Source: Acidimicrobiales bacterium (GTDB taxonomy: Bacteria; Actinomycetota; Acidimicrobiia; Acidimicrobiales; Aldehydirespiratoraceae). From it: a stretch of 64,000 nucleotides of DNA. The number at the start of each line of letters is the position of its first letter. Position 1 is the first letter of the stretch. Position numbers and translations under genes: made by a program. The notes under the pieces are model-generated. The model did not search any database, was not told the DNA's origin, and worked only from the letters and a program-made list of their open reading frames with translations. The DNA is taken from positions 283,152-347,151 of the forward strand of contig OZ220692.1 in NCBI GenBank assembly GCA_965116485.1. Reading direction: 5' to 3'. Positions 26,520 through 35,948 of the stretch are shown piece by piece.

Positions 26520-28256
26520 GTGGACATCGCAACCACTAGCGAATGGGGCACGGTTTCGGCTTTGGCCGGGTCCTTCGACAATCTCGATCTTCGCCGCCTT
26601 TTCGACGACGATCCAGGCCGGGTCGAGCGCCTGACCTTCACGGTCGGCGATCTTTGGGTCGACCTGTCCAAACACCGGGTCACCGACGAGGTTCTGGCCG
26701 CGCTGGCGGCGCTTGCGCGGCGGGCCGGCCTGAGCGGGCGGGTGCAGTCGATGATGCGCGGAGAGCGGATCAACAGCACAGAGAATCGGGCCGTGCTGCA
26801 CACCGCCCTGCGGGCACCCGCAGGCACGGTGATCGAGGTTGACGATGACCTCGGGGATCGAACCGATGTGGTCGCTGCGGTTCATGCCCTGCGTGGCCGC
26901 ATGGCTGTCTTCTGTGGGCGGGTGCGTGACGGTGACTGGCTCGGCTGCACGGGCGCGCCGATTGAAACGGTTGTCAATATCGGGATCGGCGGTTCGGATC
27001 TGGGACCGGCGATGGCCTACGAGGCGCTGGCCGCGTACCGCCATGAGCGGTTGAGTTGCCGCTTCGTCTCCAACGTCGACAGCGGTGACTTGGCGACTGC
27101 CCTGTCGGATCTCGACCCTGCGACGACCCTGTTCGTTGTTGCCTCCAAGACGTTCACCACCTCTGAAACGCTGACGAATGCGGCTTCAGCGAGGCGCTGG
27201 TTGACTGATGCTCTGGGTGACGACGCGGTGGCCCGGCACTTCGTCGCCGTGTCGGCCAACCAGGCGGCGGTCACCGGGTTCGGCATCGACGCGGCGAACA
27301 TGTTCGAGATGTGGGACTGGGTCGGGGGCCGCTACTCGCTGGACTCCGCCATCGGTCTGTCGTTGATGGCTGCCGTCGGGCCGGAGTGCTTCGAGGAGAT
27401 GTTGGGTGGGATGCGCATCATCGATGAGCACTTCGCAACTGAACCGCTGGGTCGCAACGTGCCTGCTCTGGCCGGGTTGATCGCGGTCTGGTACCGCACG
27501 TTCTGCGGGTTGCCGACCCGGGCGGTGCTGCCCTATTCGCAGGCCCTGCGCCGTTTCACCGCTTATCTGCAGCAGCTCGACATGGAGAGCAACGGAAAGC
27601 GTGTCCGCCTCGACGGCGAACCGGTCGGTTACGAGACGGGCCCGATCGTGTGGGGTGAGCCCGGAACCAACGGGCAGCATTCGTTCCATCAGCTGCTTCA
27701 TCAGGGCACCACGATCGTGCCCTGCGATTTCATCGCCTTCGCTTACCCGGATCACCGCGCCCACCGGGATCACGGTGTTGTTGCCGGTACGACCGGTGCC
27801 GAGACGACCGGTGCCGACGCGACCGGTGCCGACGCGACCGGTCACCATGAGTTGCTTGTGGCCAACTGCCTCGCGCAGGCCGAGGCGCTGGCCTTCGGCA
27901 GAACCACAGAAGAGGTCACGGCTTCTGGGATCGATCCCGACCTGGTGCCGCATCGGACGTTTCCGGGGAACCGGCCGTCGACCACGATCATGGCGCCGCG
28001 ACTGACCCCGTCGGTGTTGGGCCAGCTCATTGCTCTCTATGAGCACCAGACCATGACCCAGGGCGTGGTCTGGGGAGTCAATTCGTTCGATCAGTGGGGT
28101 GTCGAGTTGGGCAAGTCCTTAGCGGCTGCGATCGCCCCCGAGTTGAGCGCCCCCGAGATCCCGACGCTCACCCACGACCCTTCCACCAACGCGCTGATCA
28201 CCCACTACCGCGGGCTAATCCGCAGGGCCGGTGGGTCGGGTACCGCTGACGGTTAG
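26520..28256 (+). CDS. pgi: glucose-6-phosphate isomerase
   Basis: Typical PGI motifs (NIGIGGSDLGP, FVVASKTFTTSETLTNA, DWVGGRYS, GEPGTNGQHSFHQLLHQGT, FDQWGVELGK). Confidence 0.93.
   Translation: MDIATTSEWGTVSALAGSFDNLDLRRLFDDDPGRVERLTFTVGDLWVDLSKHRVTDEVLAALAALARRAGLSGRVQSMMRGERINSTENRAVLHTALRAPAGTVIEVDDDLGDRTDVVAAVHALRGRMAVFCGRVRDGDWLGCTGAPIETVVNIGIGGSDLGPAMAYEALAAYRHERLSCRFVSNVDSGDLATALSDLDPATTLFVVASKTFTTSETLTNAASARRWLTDALGDDAVARHFVAVSANQAAVTGFGIDAANMFEMWDWVGGRYSLDSAIGLSLMAAVGPECFEEMLGGMRIIDEHFATEPLGRNVPALAGLIAVWYRTFCGLPTRAVLPYSQALRRFTAYLQQLDMESNGKRVRLDGEPVGYETGPIVWGEPGTNGQHSFHQLLHQGTTIVPCDFIAFAYPDHRAHRDHGVVAGTTGAETTGADATGADATGHHELLVANCLAQAEALAFGRTTEEVTASGIDPDLVPHRTFPGNRPSTTIMAPRLTPSVLGQLIALYEHQTMTQGVVWGVNSFDQWGVELGKSLAAAIAPELSAPEIPTLTHDPSTNALITHYRGLIRRAGGSGTADG
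27786..27845. repeat. 15-bp tandem repeat (4 units) inside pgi
   Basis: GGTACGACCGGTGCC / GAGACGACCGGTGCC / GACGCGACCGGTGCC / GACGCGACCGGTCAC, encoding GTTGAETTGADATGADATGH. Confidence 0.9.
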
Positions 28257-28623
28257 ACGGTGCATGATTCGACGGGTGGTGTAGTCGGGTACGGAGTAGT
28301 GCTGCACGCAGCGGTTGTCCCACACGGTCAACGTGCCCGATGTCCAGCGGTGGCGACACTGGAATGCGGGCGACCCGATGTGCTCGAGCAGCATTGAGGG
28401 GAACGCCTCGCTCTCCGAGCTGGTGAGGCCGTCGATCTTGGTAGAATCCCGCGGGCATCTCGGAGATGTGGCTGTGGAATCCGTGTTCGCCGGTGGTGAG
28501 CCGGCTCCGTAGGGCACCGAGGGCGTCTGCCTGAGCGGCGAGCGCGGCGACTTCGGCTTTCTGATCAGCCGACGTTTCCCACTCGAGCCGATCCAGGTGT
28601 CTAAAGATCGGTGCTTGTTCCAT
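28215..28623 (-). pseudogene. TauD/TfdA-family dioxygenase remnant (N-terminally truncated, frameshifted)
   Basis: C-terminal TauD-like peptide (SESEAFPSMLLEHIGSPAFQCRHRWTSGTLTVWDNRCVQHYSVPDYTTRRIMHRLTVSG) lies in one frame. The preceding part (ORF 28198..28623) lies in another. About half of a normal length. Overlaps the pgi 3' end convergently. Confidence 0.55.
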
Positions 28624-28819
28624 CCGTGAAGGATGGCCTGCCTCGCGGCGCCGCGCCAGATCAGCGACCGAATCGAGGTGGGCATTGGCGGGTCCGCCCT
28701 GTGGTTTTGCTGCTGTTTTGCGAATCTACCGAGTTCGCGGAGGTTAACCTTTCGCTACTCGGTCGGCTCAAATGCGTATTGGGGCGACGTTACCGATGCA
28801 ATCGTGATCGAAGGTGTTC

Positions 28820-30076
28820 ATGGAGCTGTACGAGATCGACTTGGACAACTTCCTGGAGTTCTGGACTCGTCCTGAAGCGGAGATCCAGGAGGCGTTCGCA
28901 TTGTTGAGGACCACCGATCCGATCCGTTTCTGCGAGGAGCGCGACTACATTCTCGACGGCGAGATTATCTCCAAAGCCGGTCCCGGGTTCTGGTCGATAA
29001 CACGGCACGCCGACATCATCGAGGCCAGTCGCCGCGCCGATCTGTTCTGCTCAGGTCAGGGCACCCAGATCATCGACCTGCCAACCGAGTTCAACGAGTT
29101 TCTCGGGTCGATGATCAACATGGACGATCCGCGACATGCGCGGCTGCGGCGCCTGGTGTCGCGTGGTTTCACGCCGCGCACGCTGGCCCGGGTGGAGGAG
29201 CAGGTGGCTCGGGTCGCTGCTGAGATTGTCGACGACCTGGCCGAAGCCGGTGAATGCGATTTCGTGCCGGACGTGGCTGCACGTCTGCCGCTCCAGATCA
29301 TCTGCGAGATGATGGGGATTCCAGACAGTCACTACCAGGAAGTGTTCGATCAGACCAACATCTTGTTGTCGGCGGGCGATCCTGAGTATGTGGCGGAGGG
29401 AACGAATGTGCTGGACGCCTTCCTGAATGCCGGGGCGTCACTGGCCGGGATCATGACGGAGCTGGCGGCGTTCCGCGCGGACGAGCCCGGGGACGACCTG
29501 ACTTCGGCTCTGGTCCACGCGGACATCGACGGTGAGCGTCTCAGTCACCAGGAGTTGGCGTCGTTCTTCGTGCTGCTGTGTGCTGCGGGCAACGAGACCA
29601 CCCGCAACGCCATCAGCCACGGGCTGGCGGCTTTGACCGACCATCCCGAGCAGCGCCAGTTCTGGTTGAGCGATCTTGAGGGCAACACTGCGACAGCGGT
29701 CGAGGAGATCGTCCGCTGGTCGACGCCGGTTATCCACTTTCGACGCACGGTCACGACCGACGGCGCGCGATTGGGGGACCATGTGTTCTCCAAGGGTGAG
29801 AAGGTCGTGTTGTGGTACAACTCGGCGAACCGTGACGAGTCCGTTTTCGATGATCCTCAGCGTTTCGATCTGAGCCGTCATCCAAACGACCACATCGGCT
29901 TCGGCGGCCCGGGCCCGCATTACTGTCTGGGCGCCCATCTGGCGCGGCGGGAGATCGGCGTGATGTTCCGCGAGTTGCTGGGGCGCTTCCCCGACATCGC
30001 CGCGACGGCCCCGCCTGAGCGTCTGCGTTCCAACTTCATCAACGGCATCAAGCACCTGCCCTGCTCAATCAACTGA
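28820..30076 (+). CDS. cytochrome P450
   Basis: Heme loop FGGPGPHYCLGAHLAR, EXXR (EEIVRW), I-helix AAGNETT. ATG 28820 follows GAAGG (a GTG at 28814 is also possible). Confidence 0.9.
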   Translation: MELYEIDLDNFLEFWTRPEAEIQEAFALLRTTDPIRFCEERDYILDGEIISKAGPGFWSITRHADIIEASRRADLFCSGQGTQIIDLPTEFNEFLGSMINMDDPRHARLRRLVSRGFTPRTLARVEEQVARVAAEIVDDLAEAGECDFVPDVAARLPLQIICEMMGIPDSHYQEVFDQTNILLSAGDPEYVAEGTNVLDAFLNAGASLAGIMTELAAFRADEPGDDLTSALVHADIDGERLSHQELASFFVLLCAAGNETTRNAISHGLAALTDHPEQRQFWLSDLEGNTATAVEEIVRWSTPVIHFRRTVTTDGARLGDHVFSKGEKVVLWYNSANRDESVFDDPQRFDLSRHPNDHIGFGGPGPHYCLGAHLARREIGVMFRELLGRFPDIAATAPPERLRSNFINGIKHLPCSIN

Positions 30077-30111
30077 GCGGGCCGGTCAGCCGAGGGTTGC
30101 GGTCGGGGCCG

Positions 30112-30990
30112 CTAGTCAGCGCGGACGATCAGTTGGAACTCGACGATGCCCCGGTCTTCGACCGACACGACGATCGGCGCCCGCGGCGGAGTGACCCCGA
30201 AGTCTTCCCAGATGATCTCGGTCGATCCGATGATGAGACCGATGCCGCCTTCGACGATCGTGGCTTGCAGCGAGAAGGTCACCTGGTTCGTGGCGCCCTT
30301 GGCGGTCAGGTCTCCGACCACATCGACCTCGAGCGTGGAGCCTGATTCCAGGGCGTCGGTGTCGAGCTGCTTCGGCTCGGTGAGCGTGAACACCGCGGTC
30401 GGGAAGTTGCGGGAATCCAGAGCGTTGACGATGGCGTGCTCACGACGCGCGTCGTTGGACACGATCGTCGTCATGTCGACGGTGATCTCGGCTGACACGA
30501 GGACTCCGTCTGCAATGGTGAGCGATCCGGTCACTCCACCGGTGCGTCCCACGGCCGTGACTTTGCCGACCGTCAGTTCCTCTGCCACGCGGAATCCGGC
30601 GAACGAGCCGCTGGCTGTGTCGAAGTCGAAGTCACCGAAGTCGTCGTCGACTGTCCATGTGCCGTTGGCGGTGCCGACGGAGGGCTTCTGCTCGACTGTC
30701 GGTTCAGGTTGCTGTTCTTCGGTCGGCTCAAGCTCGTCGGCATCTTCTGCGGCGGCATCGGCCTTGTCGGCATCTTCTGCGTCGGCCGTGTCTGGGTCCG
30801 TGTCTTCGTACGGCTGCAGAGCAGCGTCGTCCTGCTCTTCGTCGGCGGCGAGGTCTTGTTGGAGTTGCTCGAGACCTGCTTCGGTGCTCACCGCTTCGGG
30901 CGCATCGGCACGAAAGAACAACAACCAAAGCGCCGCTGCCAGCGCCGCCAGAACCACTGGAACTCCGACTATCAGCCATCTCTTGTTCAT
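30112..30990 (-). CDS. YceI-like domain protein with N-terminal TM anchor and acidic linker
   Basis: ORF 30112..31017 trimmed to the ATG at 30990, which overlaps the hemL stop (ATGA). YceI-like C-terminal domain (FAGFRV...VDMTTIVSNDARREHAI...FPTAVF). Confidence 0.7.
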   Translation of the reverse strand: MNKRWLIVGVPVVLAALAAALWLLFFRADAPEAVSTEAGLEQLQQDLAADEEQDDAALQPYEDTDPDTADAEDADKADAAAEDADELEPTEEQQPEPTVEQKPSVGTANGTWTVDDDFGDFDFDTASGSFAGFRVAEELTVGKVTAVGRTGGVTGSLTIADGVLVSAEITVDMTTIVSNDARREHAIVNALDSRNFPTAVFTLTEPKQLDTDALESGSTLEVDVVGDLTAKGATNQVTFSLQATIVEGGIGLIIGSTEIIWEDFGVTPPRAPIVVSVEDRGIVEFQLIVRAD

Positions 30991-32315
30991 GTCATCTCCT
31001 CGGCCACCTCGCGGCATGCCTCGATCGTGGCATCGATTTCAACATCGGTGTGGGCCAACGATGTGAACACTGCCTCGTAGGCACCGGGCGCGAAGGCGAT
31101 GCCGCGGCTCAGCATCCCGGCGAAGAATTTCGGGTACATGCCGTTGTCGCAGATGCGCTTGGCGGAATCGAAATCGGTCGGGGGTTCGGCGCCGAAGAAC
31201 AGACCCAACAGCGGCCCCACCCTGGGGACGCAGGCCTCGACTCCCGCCTCGTCGAAAGCCGCGGTGAGGCCCGTTTGCAGGCCCGTCGAGGTGTCGGTCA
31301 GTCGGCTGTAGGAGTCCGGGGTCAGATGTTCGAGTACCGCCAGTCCCGCCGCGGTGGCCAGCGGGTTCCCCGACAGCGTCCCGGCCTGGTAGACGCCTCC
31401 GAGCGGGGCGAGATTGCTCATGATCTCAGTTGAGGCGCCGATCGCGCCCATCGGCAGACCGCCGCCGATCACTTTGCCGAAACACCAGATATCGGGGGTC
31501 ACACCGAACCACTGGGCCGCTCCCCCGAAACAGAGGCGGAACCCGGTGATGACCTCGTCGAACATCAGCAGTGCTCCGACTTCGTCGCAGGCCCGTCTCA
31601 GTCCTTCAAGAAATCCGGCGGCGGGTTCAATGAGGCCCATATTGGCGGCGACCGGTTCGACGACGACCGCTGCGACCGTTTCATCGAGTTCTGGCACAAC
31701 GTTGTAGGGCGCTACGACCGTGTCGGCCACAGCACCGGCTGTCACTCCCGCCGACCCGACCAGACCTTGTTGGGCAACCCCCGACCCGCCTGCCACCAAC
31801 AGTGCATCGCTGTGGCCGTGGTAGTTGCCGGCGAATTTCACGATGCGGTCGCGTCCGGTTGCTCCGCGCGCTGTGCGGATGGCGGTCATGGTCGCTTCGG
31901 TGCCGCTCGACACCAGCCGCACCATTTCCAGGCCGTCGACCCGGCGAGCGATCTCTTCTGCCAACCGCACCTCGTCGTGGGTAGGCGCACCGTAGCTTGT
32001 GCCCGATTCAGCGGCGGTCTGCACTGCTCGGGTCACAGCAGGGTGTGCATGGCCCAGAATCGTCGGGCCGTAGCTCTGCACGTAGTCGATGTATCGATTG
32101 CCTTCAACGTCGTAGACGTACGGTCCGCTCGCTTCGGCGACGAAATACGGGGTTCCGCCCACGGATCCGAAGGCTCGCACCGGCGAGTTGACGCCGCCGG
32201 GGATGACTGCCTGCGCACGGTCGAACAGTGCGCTGTTGGTGAGGGTGCCGTTGGTGAGGGCGCCGTTGGTGGGGGCGTTGTTTGCGGGGGTGCTGTTTAC
32301 GGGAGCGCTGCTCAC
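30987..32315 (-). CDS. hemL: glutamate-1-semialdehyde 2,1-aminomutase
   Basis: IPGGVNSPVRAF, DYVQSYGPTILGHAHP, FDEVITGFR, CFGKVIGGGLP. Confidence 0.94.
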   Translation of the reverse strand: MSSAPVNSTPANNAPTNGALTNGTLTNSALFDRAQAVIPGGVNSPVRAFGSVGGTPYFVAEASGPYVYDVEGNRYIDYVQSYGPTILGHAHPAVTRAVQTAAESGTSYGAPTHDEVRLAEEIARRVDGLEMVRLVSSGTEATMTAIRTARGATGRDRIVKFAGNYHGHSDALLVAGGSGVAQQGLVGSAGVTAGAVADTVVAPYNVVPELDETVAAVVVEPVAANMGLIEPAAGFLEGLRRACDEVGALLMFDEVITGFRLCFGGAAQWFGVTPDIWCFGKVIGGGLPMGAIGASTEIMSNLAPLGGVYQAGTLSGNPLATAAGLAVLEHLTPDSYSRLTDTSTGLQTGLTAAFDEAGVEACVPRVGPLLGLFFGAEPPTDFDSAKRICDNGMYPKFFAGMLSRGIAFAPGAYEAVFTSLAHTDVEIDATIEACREVAEEMT

Positions 32316-33292
32316 TGGAGTCTCTCTGCGAGTGAACGTGTGAAGTAGCTGCAGATCAGGTCGGCTCCGGCTCGCTTGATTGCCAGCGTGTGCTCGAAAG
32401 CGACGGGTTCGAGTTCCAGCCAGCCGAGCTGCGCGGCTGCGTGGACCATCGCGTATTCGCCGCTCACGTGGTATGCCGCGATCGGGACGTCGAATTCGGC
32501 TCGGGCACGAGCGATCACGTCGAGATACGGCAGCGCGGGCTTGACCATCACCATGTCGGCGCCTTCAGCGATGTCCTCGCGGATCTCCTCGGCTGCTTCG
32601 CGGGCATTGGCGACGTCTTGCTGGTAGCCGCGCCGGTCGCCGCCGCCGACGATGGTCACGTCGACGGCGTCACGGAACGGTCCGTAGAGGGCGGTCGCGT
32701 ATTTCGCCGAGTAGGCGAGGATAGCGGTCTGCTCGAACCCGGATTCGTCGAGGGCGCTGCGGATGGCCGCTACTTGGCCGTCCATCATCCCCGACGGCGC
32801 CACGATGTCGACGCCTGCTTGTGCCTGAGCTACAGCCACCTGCGCGTAGAGGTCGAGGGTGGCGTCGTTGTCCGGTTGGCCCGTGGCGTCGAGCACGCCG
32901 CAATGGCCGTGATCGGTGTACTCGTCGAGACAGAGGTCGGCGATCAGCACCATCTCGTCGCCGTGGTCCTCACGCAGTTCGGCGAGGGCGACCTGCACTA
33001 TGCCGTCGGGGTTCTGAGCTTCTGAACCCTCGGCATCCTTGTGTTGCGGTATCCCGAAGAGCAGAACCGCACTGACTCCGAGGTCGCGGAGTTGCCGGAC
33101 TTCAGCTCGCAGCGACTCCCGCGAGTGCTGTTGGTGGCCGGGCAACGACGGGATCGGCTGCGGCTCGTCGATGCCTTCACGCACGAACAGAGGGGCGACG
33201 AGGTCGTCTATATGAAGATGCGTTTCGGTCACGAGCCGCCGCATGGCGGGGTTTCGGCGCAGACGACGCAGACGACGCTGAGGAAACGGCAC
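32312..33292 (-). CDS. hemB: porphobilinogen synthase
   Basis: RRLRRNPAMRRLVTETHL, DLVAPLFV, YSAKYATALYGPFRDA, MVKPALPYLD. Confidence 0.94.
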   Translation of the reverse strand: MPFPQRRLRRLRRNPAMRRLVTETHLHIDDLVAPLFVREGIDEPQPIPSLPGHQQHSRESLRAEVRQLRDLGVSAVLLFGIPQHKDAEGSEAQNPDGIVQVALAELREDHGDEMVLIADLCLDEYTDHGHCGVLDATGQPDNDATLDLYAQVAVAQAQAGVDIVAPSGMMDGQVAAIRSALDESGFEQTAILAYSAKYATALYGPFRDAVDVTIVGGGDRRGYQQDVANAREAAEEIREDIAEGADMVMVKPALPYLDVIARARAEFDVPIAAYHVSGEYAMVHAAAQLGWLELEPVAFEHTLAIKRAGADLICSYFTRSLAERLQ

Positions 33293-33295
33293 CCT

Positions 33296-33390
33296 GTCAG
33301 GTTAGGGGGAAGCCACGGCCTAGCGGCCCGAGAGCAAACCGAACAAGAGCGGAAAGCCACCGCCTAGCGGCCCGTGTTTCCGCCTGCGCG
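33296..33390. repeat. degenerate copy of the modular GC-rich element family (reverse orientation)
   Basis: Contains GAACAAGAGCGGAAAG (A-module-like) flanked by two CCTAGCGGCCCG boxes (B-module-like). Lies between the hemB start and the end of the GPP34 gene. Confidence 0.5.
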
Positions 33391-34053
33391 CTAGAACATG
33401 CGGCCCTCGATGCGGCTCGCGGCCAGCCACACTCCCATGTCATAGATGGTCTGAGCCATCGCCTGACCGATGAGGTCGAGCTTGCGCACCTGCTCGATCC
33501 GCACAGACGCCTGTTCGAGCTCTCTGCGCGGCAGCAGTTCCCGGAACAGGCCGCAAGCGTCGGCCAGACAGATGATCACCACGTCGCGGGGGTCCGGGAT
33601 CTCATCGCTGAACAGCACGCCCATGATGCGCAGCTTCACTTCGCGTTCGGCCTTGCCGTCGATGATCGGGTAGCGGCGCGACTTGAACACCCACAGGAAG
33701 CGGTCGTCCTCACGCTCGAGGATCCCGATTTCGACCAGGCGGTTGAGCGCCTCCTCGCGGATCTCTTCGGCGTGGGTGGCTTCCTGTTCAACCCAGTAAC
33801 GGGCGTCACGCTCGGCTCCTTCACGGTCCTCGGCGATTCGGGCCAGCGTCGGGTCCAGCAGGCTGTCTCCGACCGGCGTGTCATCGAGCAGAACCAGTCT
33901 GTCCGGGTCTGTGTCGATTCGATACTCCATTGCCAGGTCCATCAGCACCGCACCGGCAAGGATCCGGTCCAGCAACCAACTCGGCACATGTACGAACTTC
34001 CCATCGTCGTCACGCAACAACAGGAGTACGACTTCCTCAGCAAATCTCAACAT
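33391..34053 (-). CDS. GPP34/GOLPH3-family protein
   Basis: N-terminus MLRFAEEVVLLLLRDDDGKF...LAGAVLMDLA is typical of bacterial GPP34-family proteins. Confidence 0.6.
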   Translation of the reverse strand: MLRFAEEVVLLLLRDDDGKFVHVPSWLLDRILAGAVLMDLAMEYRIDTDPDRLVLLDDTPVGDSLLDPTLARIAEDREGAERDARYWVEQEATHAEEIREEALNRLVEIGILEREDDRFLWVFKSRRYPIIDGKAEREVKLRIMGVLFSDEIPDPRDVVIICLADACGLFRELLPRRELEQASVRIEQVRKLDLIGQAMAQTIYDMGVWLAASRIEGRMF

Positions 34054-34107
34054 GGCCTTACGTTCCCTCCTGCCTTGGTTTGCTGCTCGATTGATCTGGA
34101 GCCGAGG

Positions 34108-35004
34108 CTAGCAGCCCTTGACAGGCGCAACCTTATCGCCTTGGGTCGGGGCGGTGCCATGGCAGTCGACGACCGCAGAAACAAGCCCGTCGATGGTGTG
34201 GGGTTCGGCCACGACGGCGACGTTCAAGCCCAACTCTCGTGCGGTGGCGGCCGTCGCTGGACCTATGCAGACGACGACTCCGGGAAGGTTGCCGGGGCCG
34301 ACGGCTGCATGCAGATGACTTACCGTCGATGACGATGTGAAGGCCACCACATCACTCTCGCGGCAGGCGATGATGTCGGCGTCTTCGACCGGCACGGCTA
34401 CTGTTCGGTACGCCGCGACGTCGTGAACGGTCCATCCCCGTTCGCGGAGTCTCTCGGGAAGCAGTCTGCGAGCCTCTGAGGCACGGGCCAGCACAACCGT
34501 CGCTCCTCGGGGGTCGGGCCGGGGGAACGATTCGAGCAGGCCCTCCGCGATTGAGCGGTCCGGAACGAGGTCGACCCTGATCCCCAGGTCCCGTGCACGG
34601 TCACGGGTGCCGGGGCCTATCACCGCGACCGAGACGCCCTCGCCGAGCGGCACCGGACCCAGAGCCTCGGCGACTTTGGTCGCACCATTGGGGCTGGTGA
34701 TGACCAGCCAGTCGCCCGGACCCAGCCCGGCGAGATGTTCGCGCAGGTCGGCGCCTCCGTCAGCTGGGTCCACGATCTCGATGACCGGTACGACGACTGC
34801 TGTGGCGCCGAGTTCTTCCAGTGCATCGGCCAGACCCCCGGCTTGGTGGCGGGCTCTGGTCACCACCACCCGAACGCCCTCGAGGGGCCGTTCACCCCCG
34901 ATTCGGTCACCCCCGGTTCGGCCACCGGCGATTCGGCCACCGGCGGTTCGGCCACCCCCGGTTCGGTCACCCCCGATTCGGCCACCCCCGGTCTGCTCAG
35001 CCAT
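34108..35004 (-). CDS. hemD: uroporphyrinogen-III synthase, with a possible Gly/Arg pentapeptide-repeat N-terminus
   Basis: HemD-like core from VRVVVTRARHQ onwards. The ATG at 35004 overlaps the hemC end by 8 nt. Internal GTG starts near 34866 cannot be excluded. Confidence 0.8.
   Translation of the reverse strand: MAEQTGGGRIGGDRTGGGRTAGGRIAGGRTGGDRIGGERPLEGVRVVVTRARHQAGGLADALEELGATAVVVPVIEIVDPADGGADLREHLAGLGPGDWLVITSPNGATKVAEALGPVPLGEGVSVAVIGPGTRDRARDLGIRVDLVPDRSIAEGLLESFPRPDPRGATVVLARASEARRLLPERLRERGWTVHDVAAYRTVAVPVEDADIIACRESDVVAFTSSSTVSHLHAAVGPGNLPGVVVCIGPATAATARELGLNVAVVAEPHTIDGLVSAVVDCHGTAPTQGDKVAPVKGC
34891..34995. repeat. 15-bp tandem repeat (7 units) at the hemD 5' end
   Basis: Units GYCACCSSCGRTTCG, contiguous. 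Encodes GG(R/D)R(I/T)-type pentapeptides if translated. Confidence 0.9.
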
Positions 35005-35917
35005 TTTCCACCGATCGGGTTTTCGTCGCCGGACCGGGGCCCTCGGCGTCGTTGAGCAGGTCGCGGGCGACCCTGCGGCCGACCTCGTCGGGGTTGGTGC
35101 CGTGTCCTAGACGCCGAACCAGCCTCTGCCCGTCGAGTGATGCGAGCATTCCTACGAGTTCGATCTGTTCGTTGCCGTCGCCGTGGTCGTTGAGCCGCCC
35201 GAACGCGCCTGCGGGGATCGTGCAGTCGCCGCCGAGTTCTGCAAGGAACGCTCGCTCGGCGTCCACGACCAGCCGTGATCGGGGGTCTTCGATGGCGGCC
35301 AGCGCGGCGATCGTGTCTTCGTCGTCGGCTCGGCACTCGATCGCCAACGCGCCCTGGGCGACCTGGGGAACCATCACCTCGAGTTCGAGCGGTTCGACCA
35401 CTTCGATGTCTGGTTCGAGGCGTTGAATGGCGGCCATTGCCATCACGATCGCATCGAACTGGTCGGCCTTGCGCAGACGGGTCGCGATGTTGCCGCGCAG
35501 CTCTGAGAACACCAGGTCGGGTCGGTGCCAGGCGAGTTGGGCGCGTCGGCGCACCGATCCGGTGGCGATGCGGGCCCCTTCACGCAGGTCTTTGAGACTG
35601 GATCCCACGAGCGCGTCGCGGGCGTCGCCTCTGGTCGGCACCGCCGCGAGCACCAGCCCTTCGGGTGTCGACGACGTGAGGTCCTTCGCGGAGTGGACCG
35701 CGATGTCGGCGCAACCGTCGAGCACCGCCTGCTGTACTTCTTTGCAGAAGACCCCCTTGCCGCCCATGGCATGGATCGGGGTGTCTGTTCGTCGATCGCC
35801 GGCAGTCGACACTTCGAGTTCGCCGACGCTGGACACCAGTCCCGTCTCGAGCAGCAGCGAGGCCACGTGACGGGTCTGCCACAGAGCCAGAGGGCTTCGA
35901 CGTGTGGCAGCCAGCAT
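34997..35917 (-). CDS. hemC: hydroxymethylbilane synthase (porphobilinogen deaminase)
   Basis: ORF 34997..36013 trimmed to the ATG at 35917, downstream of the hemA stop. ATRRSPLALWQ, HAMGGKGVFCKEVQ, HSAKDL, GSVRRRAQL. Confidence 0.92.
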   Translation of the reverse strand: MLAATRRSPLALWQTRHVASLLLETGLVSSVGELEVSTAGDRRTDTPIHAMGGKGVFCKEVQQAVLDGCADIAVHSAKDLTSSTPEGLVLAAVPTRGDARDALVGSSLKDLREGARIATGSVRRRAQLAWHRPDLVFSELRGNIATRLRKADQFDAIVMAMAAIQRLEPDIEVVEPLELEVMVPQVAQGALAIECRADDEDTIAALAAIEDPRSRLVVDAERAFLAELGGDCTIPAGAFGRLNDHGDGNEQIELVGMLASLDGQRLVRRLGHGTNPDEVGRRVARDLLNDAEGPGPATKTRSVENG

Positions 35918-35948
35918 TGTTTGAGAAGGCAATGTTCTGCGTCTCGGC

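Noticed and set aside
34735-35426. Plus-strand ORFs with FGHRRFGHPRFGH repeats
   Set aside because: They are antisense translations of the hemD 15-bp repeat array and overlap hemC and hemD.
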